Below are positions 1 through 8,092 of a stretch of DNA of 64,000 bases, piece by piece. The stretch is from a virus. The translations under genes and the position numbers were made by a program. How positions within the stretch are numbered: position 1 is the stretch's first letter; every line of letters begins with the position of its first letter. Where the stretch lies: positions 13,033-77,032 of the IMG/VR virus record IMGVR_UViG_3300046804_003463. One strand, given 5' to 3'. Under the pieces are notes generated by a model, which was not told where the DNA came from, ran no database searches, and saw nothing but the letters and a program-made list of their open reading frames with translations.

Positions 1-135
1 GGCAGTTTTTTCAAAGAATTTTTTCTCCTCTTTGGTCCATTCACGATGAAACCTTGCAAATAGAATTGGTGTAGGAAATAACCCTTGAATTGTTGGATCC
101 GGTATAATACTAATTGTGTTATTTTTCTTGCTCAT
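1..135 (-). CDS. Partial (runs off window) putative 2OG-Fe(II) oxygenase, TIGR02466-like
   Basis: Manually read ORF MSKKNNTISIIPDPTIQGLFPTPILFARF...; the LFPTPI N-terminal motif is typical of this phage family. Confidence 0.5.
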   Translation of the reverse strand, partial: MSKKNNTISIIPDPTIQGLFPTPILFARFHREWTKEEKKFFEKTA

Positions 136-244
136 TTTCATCCCTATCAATATCTAACCACAAATAACGTGCAGTGTCATCAATCACTCGTTGTGACCAC
201 ATCTCTTCATTTTCTAGTACAGGCACATCATATTCTGGTGCCAT
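119..244 (-). CDS. Small acidic hypothetical protein (41 aa)
   Basis: Manually read ORF MAPEYDVPVLENEEMWSQRV...; fills the gap in a tightly packed minus-strand run. Confidence 0.45.
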   Translation of the reverse strand: MAPEYDVPVLENEEMWSQRVIDDTARYLWLDIDRDENEQEK

Positions 245-251
245 CCAAGGC

Positions 252-476
252 TTATTTGTATTTGCTTTCAAAGTATTCATTTACTTTATATTTTGCTTCT
301 TCCATTGATTCTGCTATAACTTTTACCCATGCTATACCACCGGCAATTTCCATGTCAAATGGCACAGGACCATTAAACTCAAACTCTTCGGGTATATTGA
401 TTTGTACTTCATATTCTTCAAGATTGCGTATGCGATTCATCACCGCATCAAACTCGGCTCGTCGTGTCATAGTCAT
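252..476 (-). CDS. Hypothetical protein
   Basis: 74-aa ORF in the minus-strand gene run. Confidence 0.6.
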   Translation of the reverse strand: MTMTRRAEFDAVMNRIRNLEEYEVQINIPEEFEFNGPVPFDMEIAGGIAWVKVIAESMEEAKYKVNEYFESKYK

Positions 477-1338
477 CTCCTATCACTCCATTGTACACGA
501 CTCGTTTCACAGTGTCAACTCTGTGAGCAGAATTTCGTGCGCCCATCACAACAATTACCTCATGATAATCTTTTTCACCATTAACTTTGTGTACTAATAT
601 TGCCACGCAAAAGCCGGCAGGATTTGTGAAGCCTGTTTTACTTATTTGAACACCCTCTACTTGTGACAATATAGCGTTGTTTGTATTATGTAGAACTAAA
701 ACTCTATTCTTTCTTTTACCTGGCGTTTCAATCGTCGTAATCTTTTTGGTAGAAATGTTTCGTATTTCTGGATAATTTGCCGCTTCAACAACCATCTGTG
801 TTACATCACTGGCTGTGCTTACATTATATTTACTCAAGCCGGAAGGATCATCAAAACTTGTGTTGTACATGTCTAGCATCAATGCTTTTGAATTCATGTG
901 ATCCATAAAACGTCTACGACCACCGGGATAATCTGCCGCTAATGTTTCTGCTGCTGCATTGTCACTCTTGATTAGTAGCATATGAAACAATTCACCACGG
1001 GTATACTCAAGGCGTGGCATTTTACTGCCTGCATTTTTACTGAGTACAAGTTTACGATTCATATCACGATCATAGTCTAATGCAACCATAGCAGTCATGA
1101 GTTTGGTCATACTTGCCAATGCACGGACTTCATCAATGTTTTGTGCCCTTGTAATTGTGCCCTCAGTAATATTTGTGACCATTACCGATACAGTGCTATA
1201 AGTTTGCACTGTCTGCTGCTTTGCTTTCTTTTTCTTTTTAACTTTGTGTTTAGACTTGGCATCTGCGGTTGTTATCGTCAGAAAAAATAAAACAAAAAAT
1301 GTTACAAGCCACTGTGTGAGTGTAAGTTTCTTATTCAT
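448..1338 (-). CDS. D-alanyl-D-alanine endopeptidase/carboxypeptidase (peptidase S11, PBP7/PbpG-like)
   Basis: Signal peptide, Lys-rich linker, and SxxK (ASMTK), SxN (SDN) and KTG (KTGFT) motifs. Confidence 0.9.
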   Translation of the reverse strand: MNKKLTLTQWLVTFFVLFFLTITTADAKSKHKVKKKKKAKQQTVQTYSTVSVMVTNITEGTITRAQNIDEVRALASMTKLMTAMVALDYDRDMNRKLVLSKNAGSKMPRLEYTRGELFHMLLIKSDNAAAETLAADYPGGRRRFMDHMNSKALMLDMYNTSFDDPSGLSKYNVSTASDVTQMVVEAANYPEIRNISTKKITTIETPGKRKNRVLVLHNTNNAILSQVEGVQISKTGFTNPAGFCVAILVHKVNGEKDYHEVIVVMGARNSAHRVDTVKRVVYNGVIGDDYDTTSRV

Positions 1339-1427
1339 TTAGTGATTAGAAAAAAAATAAATGGTGAAATCATCACCATAAAGAATACAACGATGTAGAA
1401 TAGTAGATACCTGAACATTGAGTTCAT
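1335..1427 (-). CDS. Small hydrophobic membrane peptide (30 aa)
   Basis: Manually read ORF MNSMFRYLLFYIVVFFMVMISPFIFFLITK with upstream AAGGAG. Confidence 0.45.
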   Translation of the reverse strand: MNSMFRYLLFYIVVFFMVMISPFIFFLITK

Positions 1428-1450
1428 CGCCCTCTCCTTGGGCGACAAAC

Positions 1451-1693
1451 TTATTTCAGTTTATCACCCACTTGTTTGATTGTGTTTTCATAGCCTTCAC
1501 AAAGTTCCATGTAATATTGAACCTCATTCCACGCATGTAACAATTGAAATTTTGCCTCATATAATGTATTCGTCAGTGCTTTATATTTGTCTCTAGGACC
1601 ATTCTCAATAAGTGTTATCAAAATGTCAAGTTTATCGATGATTGTAACATCACCACCAACATCATCATCAAAACTATCCGGATCGTCTGTCAT
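1451..1693 (-). CDS. Hypothetical protein
   Basis: 80-aa ORF; start overlaps the upstream stop. Confidence 0.6.
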   Translation of the reverse strand: MTDDPDSFDDDVGGDVTIIDKLDILITLIENGPRDKYKALTNTLYEAKFQLLHAWNEVQYYMELCEGYENTIKQVGDKLK

Positions 1694-1860
1694 TTTTCGC
1701 CTTTTTCAAGCAGATTAATTGCATCTTTTGTAAATCTTATTTCTTTATTAAGTGTATCACGAATTTCATACAAATCAAGTAATCTTGCCCGCAAACGATT
1801 TAGTTCCACGTTTTCATCCGTGGTCTTTTGTTTGGGTGTAAATGTATATATCTCAGCCAT
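1690..1860 (-). CDS. Hypothetical coiled-coil protein (56 aa)
   Basis: Manually read ORF MAEIYTFTPKQKTTDENVELNRLRARLLDL...; directly after a sigma70-like promoter. Confidence 0.6.
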   Translation of the reverse strand: MAEIYTFTPKQKTTDENVELNRLRARLLDLYEIRDTLNKEIRFTKDAINLLEKGEK

Positions 1861-1866
1861 GAAAAG

Positions 1867-1895
1867 AGTTTATCATCATTGAGAATATTTGTCAA
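1867..1895 (-). promoter_or_regulatory. sigma70-type promoter TTGACA-N17-TAAACT, likely leaderless
   Basis: -35 at 1890-1895, -10 at 1867-1872; ATG 6 nt downstream. Confidence 0.6.
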
Positions 1896-2032
1896 TCGTT
1901 TGCATCATTTTCATCCATCAATGCCCACATGAATAGAAAACCTGCCATCGCTATTAATATGGCAAACATATCACCCATTTGCATACCCATTACGATTAAA
2001 AACAGAAACAATAAAAATATGAATATTTTCAT
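1892..2032 (-). CDS. Small membrane protein (46 aa)
   Basis: Manually read hydrophobic ORF MKIFIFLLFLFLIVMGMQMG... Confidence 0.5.
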   Translation of the reverse strand: MKIFIFLLFLFLIVMGMQMGDMFAILIAMAGFLFMWALMDENDAND

Positions 2033-2347
2033 TTACCACCTCTCTGCACGTTGCCATGTGTCATCGTAATCAGCGGCGTAATCGGTGACATCTGGAATGT
2101 TGACTGCAAAATCCTCTATGTCAGGCATGTGTATCTCTTCACCTTTTCTGTGTGCCGAAAGATATTTGCCTGCTTTTGCACGTGTTGCTGCACCTTCAGG
2201 TGTTTGATGATACTCTAATAGTTTTTTTGACCGTATCGCCTTGTCTTCTTCAGAATGTACACGAACATTACCACAAGACATGGAACAATATGGTCCACGT
2301 TTCTTGTGTGTTACTCCACATCTAGGACAGGTTTTTTCGGCGGGCAT
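2033..2347 (-). CDS. Hypothetical protein with N-terminal Cys cluster (possible Zn finger)
   Basis: CPRC...YCSMSC. Confidence 0.6.
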   Translation of the reverse strand: MPAEKTCPRCGVTHKKRGPYCSMSCGNVRVHSEEDKAIRSKKLLEYHQTPEGAATRAKAGKYLSAHRKGEEIHMPDIEDFAVNIPDVTDYAADYDDTWQRAERW

Positions 2348-2945
2348 TTTCTTCTAGTGTTTTCTCTATGTATTCACATAGCCAATGACCTAAAATCAAA
2401 TGACCTTCTTGTATGCGTGGTGTTGACGTTGATGGTATGGCAATGTAATAATCTGAGTAGTCATGCATCCATCTTGTTTTCATACCAGTAAATGCAACAT
2501 TGACTAGACCATTCATGTGGCCAAATTTCATTGCTTCAAGAATGTTTTCTGATAAACCTGAGGTTGAAAGATAGATTGCTACATCACCAGGATTTGAAAG
2601 TGCTTGTAGTTGTCTTGAAAAGATATGCTTGAAACCCAAATCATTACCAATTGCAGTGAGAATTGAGGTGTCAGTGTTCAAAGCAATAGCGGCATATGCA
2701 TCACTCTGTAAATTGAAATAAGAAACTAATTCACCAGCAAGATGTTGTGCTTCTGCTGCTGAACCACCATTGCCCATGAAAAATATTTTTTTATTGTTCA
2801 ACAAGGCACTCACACATGCCTGTGCAGCAATTTTAGTTTCTTCTAATGGATTTGGTATTGGATGTGAAGCAAACTCTAATGGTGCATCCGCCAACAAAGA
2901 ATCAATCACCGCTCTGGTGTCTTTCAAAGACTCATATATGTTCAT
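2322..2945 (-). CDS. gmhA: Phosphoheptose (sedoheptulose-7-phosphate) isomerase
   Basis: SIS-domain motifs GNGGSAAEAQH, TAIGND, STSG, TPRIQEGH. Confidence 0.93.
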   Translation of the reverse strand: MNIYESLKDTRAVIDSLLADAPLEFASHPIPNPLEETKIAAQACVSALLNNKKIFFMGNGGSAAEAQHLAGELVSYFNLQSDAYAAIALNTDTSILTAIGNDLGFKHIFSRQLQALSNPGDVAIYLSTSGLSENILEAMKFGHMNGLVNVAFTGMKTRWMHDYSDYYIAIPSTSTPRIQEGHLILGHWLCEYIEKTLEENARRKNLS

Positions 2946-2953
2946 AACGACCT

Positions 2954-3223
2954 CTATGCTGATTGAAAAATATCCTGCGCCCTACATGTGGTAATGAAAT
3001 TGATGAATGCTACTGCTTCACTTTCATCTTCATAATATCGTAGTATTGTTTGACCTGTGTACTTTGAAATAATCATGAGTAAGATATAGTGGTCACGGTA
3101 GGTGGAAAACTTTATCCACCAACCGTTTCTGACCACTGGTTGCCAAAACTTCGTCTTACCTTCTATATCAAGCCTTAGTTTCTTTGATTTCGGATTTGAT
3201 GATTTTTTTTGCATCTTCTGCAA
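2954..3223 (-). CDS. Hypothetical protein (start uncertain)
   Basis: 89-aa ORF whose 5' end overlaps the upstream gene. Confidence 0.5.
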   Translation of the reverse strand: MQKMQKKSSNPKSKKLRLDIEGKTKFWQPVVRNGWWIKFSTYRDHYILLMIISKYTGQTILRYYEDESEAVAFINFITTCRAQDIFQSA

Positions 3224-3419
3224 TGTTCTTATTCAGATTTACTACTTTCTTTGTATATGTAGTAAAAGTGTTTTCTGTAACACTGTCAAAATAGGCAATG
3301 GTGTGATCAACTAAAACTTTGTTGAAATCAATTGTTTTGATTGTTGCTTCTTCAGCCTTGCGCTGAATATCATTCCATGAGTAGAAAGTTGGAAATTGAG
3401 GTGCTTGTGTGAAAAACAT
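3168..3419 (-). CDS. Phasin-like (PHA granule-associated) small helical protein
   Basis: Amphipathic helical 83-aa ORF, strong SD (CAGGAG), own promoter overlapped by a PhaR-like TGCAnTGCA element. Confidence 0.45.
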   Translation of the reverse strand: MFFTQAPQFPTFYSWNDIQRKAEEATIKTIDFNKVLVDHTIAYFDSVTENTFTTYTKKVVNLNKNIAEDAKKIIKSEIKETKA

Positions 3420-3467
3420 AATTATCTCCTGTAAAAGTTAGACAGCCCACTTAGGCACTGTCATACC

Positions 3468-3499
3468 ATTATATAGTATTTTTATGATGCAGTGCAATA
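3468..3499 (-). promoter_or_regulatory. sigma70-type promoter TTGCAC-N18-TATAAT with an overlapping PhaR-like operator
   Basis: -10 at 3468-3473, -35 at 3492-3497; ATGATGCAGTGCAATA at 3484-3499. Confidence 0.55.
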
Positions 3500-3888
3500 G
3501 ATTTCAGGTGATCTTTGCGTATCTTCGCCGTGACCCAATCGTTATAGTAATTCTCACTCAGCAAGGCATGGCGTGACATTATCTCATACGTTTCAAAATA
3601 CGCACATTCAGATTTGCTTTTACACAAATGAAGAATTATTCTTCGGTAGTTACTTTCTCCGGTTGCTGCAACTTCCCTTTTGAGTGTGTCGTTGGAACCG
3701 TAATAGGTTTCCCAATCGGAAGGTTTTCGGATCTTTTTTTTCTTGCCGTTGATTTGTCTTGTGCCAGCCTGCGTAAAGTATTTGCGTCCAATATATTTTC
3801 TTCCTGTAGTGAGATTTTCTATTAGGTACACAAAGCCAAACGATGTGCCGTCATACTCATACGGCACACCATCATAATACCATGTCAT
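3469..3888 (-). CDS. denA: GIY-YIG endonuclease, T4 endonuclease II-like
   Basis: GFVYLIEN...KYIGRK and YYGS motifs. Confidence 0.75.
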   Translation of the reverse strand: MTWYYDGVPYEYDGTSFGFVYLIENLTTGRKYIGRKYFTQAGTRQINGKKKKIRKPSDWETYYGSNDTLKREVAATGESNYRRIILHLCKSKSECAYFETYEIMSRHALLSENYYNDWVTAKIRKDHLKSIALHHKNTI

Positions 3889-4061
3889 AGTGGTTCTTCA
3901 TCATCATCGTCATGAAGGTCCTCATCATCAAAACTTTCATCGTCAAGTATTAAATATTCTCCGCAAAACGGACAATGTGTTGGGTCTGATTCTGTGTGCA
4001 TCTCATTGTAAGAGATGGCAAATTCAGAGCCACATGCTGTGCATTCATGTTGTATTCTCAT
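3885..4061 (-). CDS. Small zinc-ribbon protein with acidic tail (58 aa)
   Basis: Manually read ORF MRIQHECTACGSEF...HCPFCGEY...DDEEPL. Confidence 0.65.
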   Translation of the reverse strand: MRIQHECTACGSEFAISYNEMHTESDPTHCPFCGEYLILDDESFDDEDLHDDDDEEPL

Positions 4062-4063
4062 AA

Positions 4064-4498
4064 TTAATTACACCAAGATTGTTTTGCCTCACCAAAATAT
4101 TCACGTGCAAGGCCATTTTGAATTAACATTGAACGAAGACTTTGACCGTCTAGAACGATGTCTCCCAATACACGACCACCAAATTTATCCCAGTCATAGA
4201 GTATCACTTGACGCTTAGATGATTTAGCAACTGCATTGGTTGTAAATTTTGTTGCCAATTTTCCTCTTTCATCCTCCTGTGGACATTTAGCACGAAAGCC
4301 TTTTTCTGGTGTATCTACACCATAAATGCGAACAGCAAGTTCAGGCTTCAGTGGTGCAGGTAAAAATGGCGCTGCAATCACTACAGTGTCACCGTCATTT
4401 ACACGGACAATTTGTGCATCATACATCACGCCTTGTGGTGCTTTTTGTGCCAATGCCAGTGACGGCAATAGCATAATCATTAACAGCAATTTTTTCAT
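4064..4498 (-). CDS. Secreted thermonuclease (staphylococcal nuclease-like)
   Basis: Signal peptide; DGDT, RIYGVDTPE and DKFGGRVL motifs. Confidence 0.88.
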   Translation of the reverse strand: MKKLLLMIMLLPSLALAQKAPQGVMYDAQIVRVNDGDTVVIAAPFLPAPLKPELAVRIYGVDTPEKGFRAKCPQEDERGKLATKFTTNAVAKSSKRQVILYDWDKFGGRVLGDIVLDGQSLRSMLIQNGLAREYFGEAKQSWCN

Positions 4499-4968
4499 AT
4501 TGATTCCTTACAAACGAGATTGAGAATATCAAAGCGTGTGGTGTGCGGCACATTCAAACTAACGATGTTTGAATTGACTTCATATGAGTTGCGAAAAACT
4601 ACTTTATTATTTGCATCAACATACAAATCCATAAGCATCATGAGTTGTTTTCTACCACAGTGCAATGAACCAAATACATACAATGCACTCACAGGAACAT
4701 CTACGCCATAAAATTCTTGTGGAACATGATATGGCACATATGCGTGAAAACTAACAATTTCTTGTTTAGCGCCGACTGTGCTTTTCTCAATGTATATATC
4801 ATAACCATCGGACTGAGTTACAAAATGCCAGTCGTTTTGATTGTGGATGATTTTATCATCGTTTGTGAAGTTAAGCCGGTATTCCGACTCTTCTGCATTT
4901 ACCGAAAAGGCTAAAAGTGCTGCAATGACAAAAGAAAATAGGTGCTTCATGGGATCCCCCCGAAACAC
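4495..4968 (-). CDS. Secreted/periplasmic hypothetical protein (probable start MKHLF at 4950)
   Basis: Signal peptide ending in VNA-E. Confidence 0.65.
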   Translation of the reverse strand: MFRGDPMKHLFSFVIAALLAFSVNAEESEYRLNFTNDDKIIHNQNDWHFVTQSDGYDIYIEKSTVGAKQEIVSFHAYVPYHVPQEFYGVDVPVSALYVFGSLHCGRKQLMMLMDLYVDANNKVVFRNSYEVNSNIVSLNVPHTTRFDILNLVCKESI

Positions 4969-4984
4969 CTATTTAGAACACAAA

Positions 4985-5695
4985 TCAACTCCAGTATTTA
5001 CTGTTGTCCAATTTATCCCAATACTTTTGATTATTACGATTTATGAAGTTTTTGATCAAATACCAACCCATACCAAAGTACCCCATTTTCTTGAATCTAC
5101 GGGAATCTTGACCAAAATAATGATTTAGTATTTTAAACTTTTTAGGTTCATACATTCTTGAAAGGAAATAATCTTCAGATGTAGAAAACCTTTCATTGAA
5201 GCCCCCAAACGCATCAAACTTACTCTTACGGGTTAGCATGAAGGCACCCACAGCAAACGGAGAAAAATGTTTCAAAATTTGATTGATTTTATTGAAAATA
5301 AAAAACCCAAGTTCCGCTTTCCAATCATCTTCGTAACATCTAATATTTGCTCCAATCAAATCTAAATCGTTCTGTTCAATCTCAAAAACAGCATCACGAA
5401 TCATATAATTATCAAAAAATATCACATCAGCATCTATGAACAAAATATATGGTGTGGTGACTAATTTTGCGGCATTGTTTCGTGCCACAGCAACAGGACC
5501 ACCATCAATGATTTCAATATTCAGAAAAGCACGATTGTTTCTAATTACATCTCTGGTGTTGTCAGTTGAACAGTCAGCAATAATAATTCTAGTGTCACCT
5601 ATCTTCTGTTGACGTAAAGAATTAAGCAAATGATTTATGTAATTTTCTTCATTTTTGCTTGGAATAACAATTGTGATTTTATCGCTTAGTTTCAT
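4985..5695 (-). CDS. Glycosyltransferase family 2
   Basis: IVIPSKNEE, DCSTD, DAD (DxD) and ED motifs. Confidence 0.9.
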   Translation of the reverse strand: MKLSDKITIVIPSKNEENYINHLLNSLRQQKIGDTRIIIADCSTDNTRDVIRNNRAFLNIEIIDGGPVAVARNNAAKLVTTPYILFIDADVIFFDNYMIRDAVFEIEQNDLDLIGANIRCYEDDWKAELGFFIFNKINQILKHFSPFAVGAFMLTRKSKFDAFGGFNERFSTSEDYFLSRMYEPKKFKILNHYFGQDSRRFKKMGYFGMGWYLIKNFINRNNQKYWDKLDNSKYWS

Positions 5696-5864
5696 CTTTC
5701 CTCACGCACTTTCCCTCAATCTTAAAATTGTCAAACTTTAACCAATACGTCATAGACTGTAAAGTTTGTTCACATTGTTGTTGTGTATCAAATTGTAGAT
5801 TTATTCTTCCCGGTATGTCGTTTGAATTGTTCAGATGTACCGCTATCAATATCATCAACCACAT
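5679..5864 (-). CDS. Small hypothetical protein
   Basis: 61-aa ORF with hydrophobic N-terminus and two Cys. Confidence 0.5.
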   Translation of the reverse strand: MWLMILIAVHLNNSNDIPGRINLQFDTQQQCEQTLQSMTYWLKFDNFKIEGKCVRKDETKR

Positions 5865-6615
5865 TATCGCTCTCCTGTGTCCATGTGATTATTTCCCATC
5901 TACCATCATGGTGTTCAACAAGTGCTGTCATTGATTCTACCCAGTCACCGTCATTCATATACATTACACCATCAATTTTTTTTATTTCTGCTTGATGTAT
6001 ATGACCACAAATCACACCGTCAAATCCTTTTTTCTTACAATATGCCGCTAAATTACTTTCAAATTGAAATATGAAATCAACTGCTTTTTTTACCTTGCGC
6101 TTAAGGAAACGACTAAGACTAAAATAACCAACACCCATTCTATGGAGGATCCAATTGAATTTACTATTGAAAGATAAAATGGTGTCATACGCTTTGTCTC
6201 CTAGTATTGCTAGCCACGGAGCAAGTCTAGTAATACCGTCAAAAAAGTCTCCGTGAATAACAAGATAGTGTTTACCATCAGCACCAATGTGTTCTATTTG
6301 ATTATGCATTTCAATCATACCAAAATTTAAATTATATTGTAAATATGGTCTAAGAAATTCATCATGATTACCTAACACATATACCACTCTTGTATTTCTT
6401 TTTGCGTGTCCTAATATACGTCTTACCACATTTGTGTGACTTTGTTTCCAGCGCCATTTATTTTGTTTTATTTTCCAAGCATCAATTATATCACCAACAA
6501 GATAAAGTGTTTCACACGAATTATTTTTGAGAAAATTGTTTAGTGCTTCAGCCTTACAATCTTTCGTTCCAAGGTGAACGTCTGAAATGAAAATACTACG
6601 ATATTTTTTGTCCAT
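5788..6615 (-). CDS. plcP: LpxH2/PlcP-type metallophosphoesterase (putative phospholipase C)
   Basis: SDVHLG, GDIID, GNHD, HGD and CGHIH motifs plus YMNDGDWVESMTALVEH, matching the PlcP/LpxH2 subfamily; lies in the pstS run. Confidence 0.78.
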   Translation of the reverse strand: MDKKYRSIFISDVHLGTKDCKAEALNNFLKNNSCETLYLVGDIIDAWKIKQNKWRWKQSHTNVVRRILGHAKRNTRVVYVLGNHDEFLRPYLQYNLNFGMIEMHNQIEHIGADGKHYLVIHGDFFDGITRLAPWLAILGDKAYDTILSFNSKFNWILHRMGVGYFSLSRFLKRKVKKAVDFIFQFESNLAAYCKKKGFDGVICGHIHQAEIKKIDGVMYMNDGDWVESMTALVEHHDGRWEIITWTQESDNVVDDIDSGTSEQFKRHTGKNKSTI

Positions 6616-6676
6616 TGAAATACTGGTTACGGGTCCAGTGTCACCTGATAGTTGTGACCGATTTTTTTATTTTGTT

Positions 6677-8083
6677 TTAGAAGTTCAACTGGCTTCTGAA
6701 CATGACTGCTTGATCACCTTTTACACGACTGCCCGATGCACCAACTAATTGATCAAACTTTGTATCAACATAATTTACCATAAAACGTAGATTGTCGGTA
6801 GCAAACCATGTGATGCCATATGTCATAGCAGTAGCACGATTTGATTTGCCAGCCGCTACTACGATAGGACTTGCATCAAACTCACTCATACGTACACCAA
6901 CTTGCCATGCACCACGGCCACCTTTGTCTAAAGAATTGTTAGGTTTAATTGCACCAAACACACCGTCTTTATAATTGTATGATTCACCAGTAATATTATA
7001 AGTTGCTAAAACATAATACCCTTTAATTTCTTGATTTACACCAACAGCAGGATCATAAACGAATTCAAATTGTTCACCTTGTATTTTAAAGGCATTATAT
7101 GCTATTGCTGCTTCAAGACCTTGGCGTGTTCTAGTTGTCAAACCACTTAGAGCAGGGCCGGTAAACCAAGCATTTTGAGACCTTGATTCTGTTCTTGCAC
7201 TTGATGGTGTAACTCCACCTTTAATTTCACCTGTACTATATGCAGCACCCAAATGTGCGACATATGCTTTGCTGCCAGTGAGTTCAGCAATGTTTGTGGT
7301 TACACGACCAATGTAATCAAGACTATCTGCTACGACATCTTTGTTACCACGACCACGACTGACTGCGGCTGCATAGGTCAATCCTGTTGTCGGCACACCA
7401 TGAATCATAAAGCCTGTTTCTTTTGCAGGAATAAATTCACCTTCAACTTGACCAATCAGACTACGTTCCATCATATCAATATTGTTGGAACTTTGTAGTT
7501 GCTCTAAACTAAATGGCATTTTGAACAAACCAAACTGAAATTGCATTTCAGGATTGGCTGCATAGTTTACCCATCCTACATCTAAATTTGTTGTTGATGA
7601 TGCTGCGCCAACATCATTACCAAAATTACCCACAAATTCATATTTGAAGTCTTTAGCAAACTGTCCACGAACACCAAATCTAGCACGACGAACTTCTGCT
7701 AAGTTTTGATACGAATCCGTGGTTTGACCGACAGCATAATTCGGTGAGTAGTGTCGATAGTCCATATGTAATCGACCTGTAAATTGTGCTGTGTTGTTTC
7801 CATCTTTGCTTTTGAGTCCAATTCCATTTTCGGTGACTGAACCATCATTTGCTCTGGCTTGTCTCCACTTGTTGTTGTCGCTAACATCTTTGTCAATTCT
7901 TTGCTCGGCAAATTTTTTGTTTTCTTCTCTTTCTTCATATGCTTTGAGTTTTGTTTCATATTCTTGTTGAGTGATTACATTCTTCTCTCTTAGAATGTTC
8001 AATGTTTCTTTATACTCATCAGCATATGCAGGAATTGCCGCTGCTAGTGCAATTACGATAGAAAGTTTTTTAAATAGTTTCAT
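6677..8083 (-). CDS. Phosphate-selective outer-membrane porin (OprO/OprP family)
   Basis: Signal peptide, RRARFG, GLFKMPFSLEQL, C-terminal Phe; adjacent to pstS. Confidence 0.88.
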   Translation of the reverse strand: MKLFKKLSIVIALAAAIPAYADEYKETLNILREKNVITQQEYETKLKAYEEREENKKFAEQRIDKDVSDNNKWRQARANDGSVTENGIGLKSKDGNNTAQFTGRLHMDYRHYSPNYAVGQTTDSYQNLAEVRRARFGVRGQFAKDFKYEFVGNFGNDVGAASSTTNLDVGWVNYAANPEMQFQFGLFKMPFSLEQLQSSNNIDMMERSLIGQVEGEFIPAKETGFMIHGVPTTGLTYAAAVSRGRGNKDVVADSLDYIGRVTTNIAELTGSKAYVAHLGAAYSTGEIKGGVTPSSARTESRSQNAWFTGPALSGLTTRTRQGLEAAIAYNAFKIQGEQFEFVYDPAVGVNQEIKGYYVLATYNITGESYNYKDGVFGAIKPNNSLDKGGRGAWQVGVRMSEFDASPIVVAAGKSNRATAMTYGITWFATDNLRFMVNYVDTKFDQLVGASGSRVKGDQAVMFRSQLNF

Positions 8084-8092
8084 GATTTATCC

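Noticed and set aside
5788-6615. Annotation as lipid A enzyme LpxH
   Set aside because: The GNHD motif (canonical LpxH has GNRD) and the pstS/porin context fit the PlcP/LpxH2 subfamily better.
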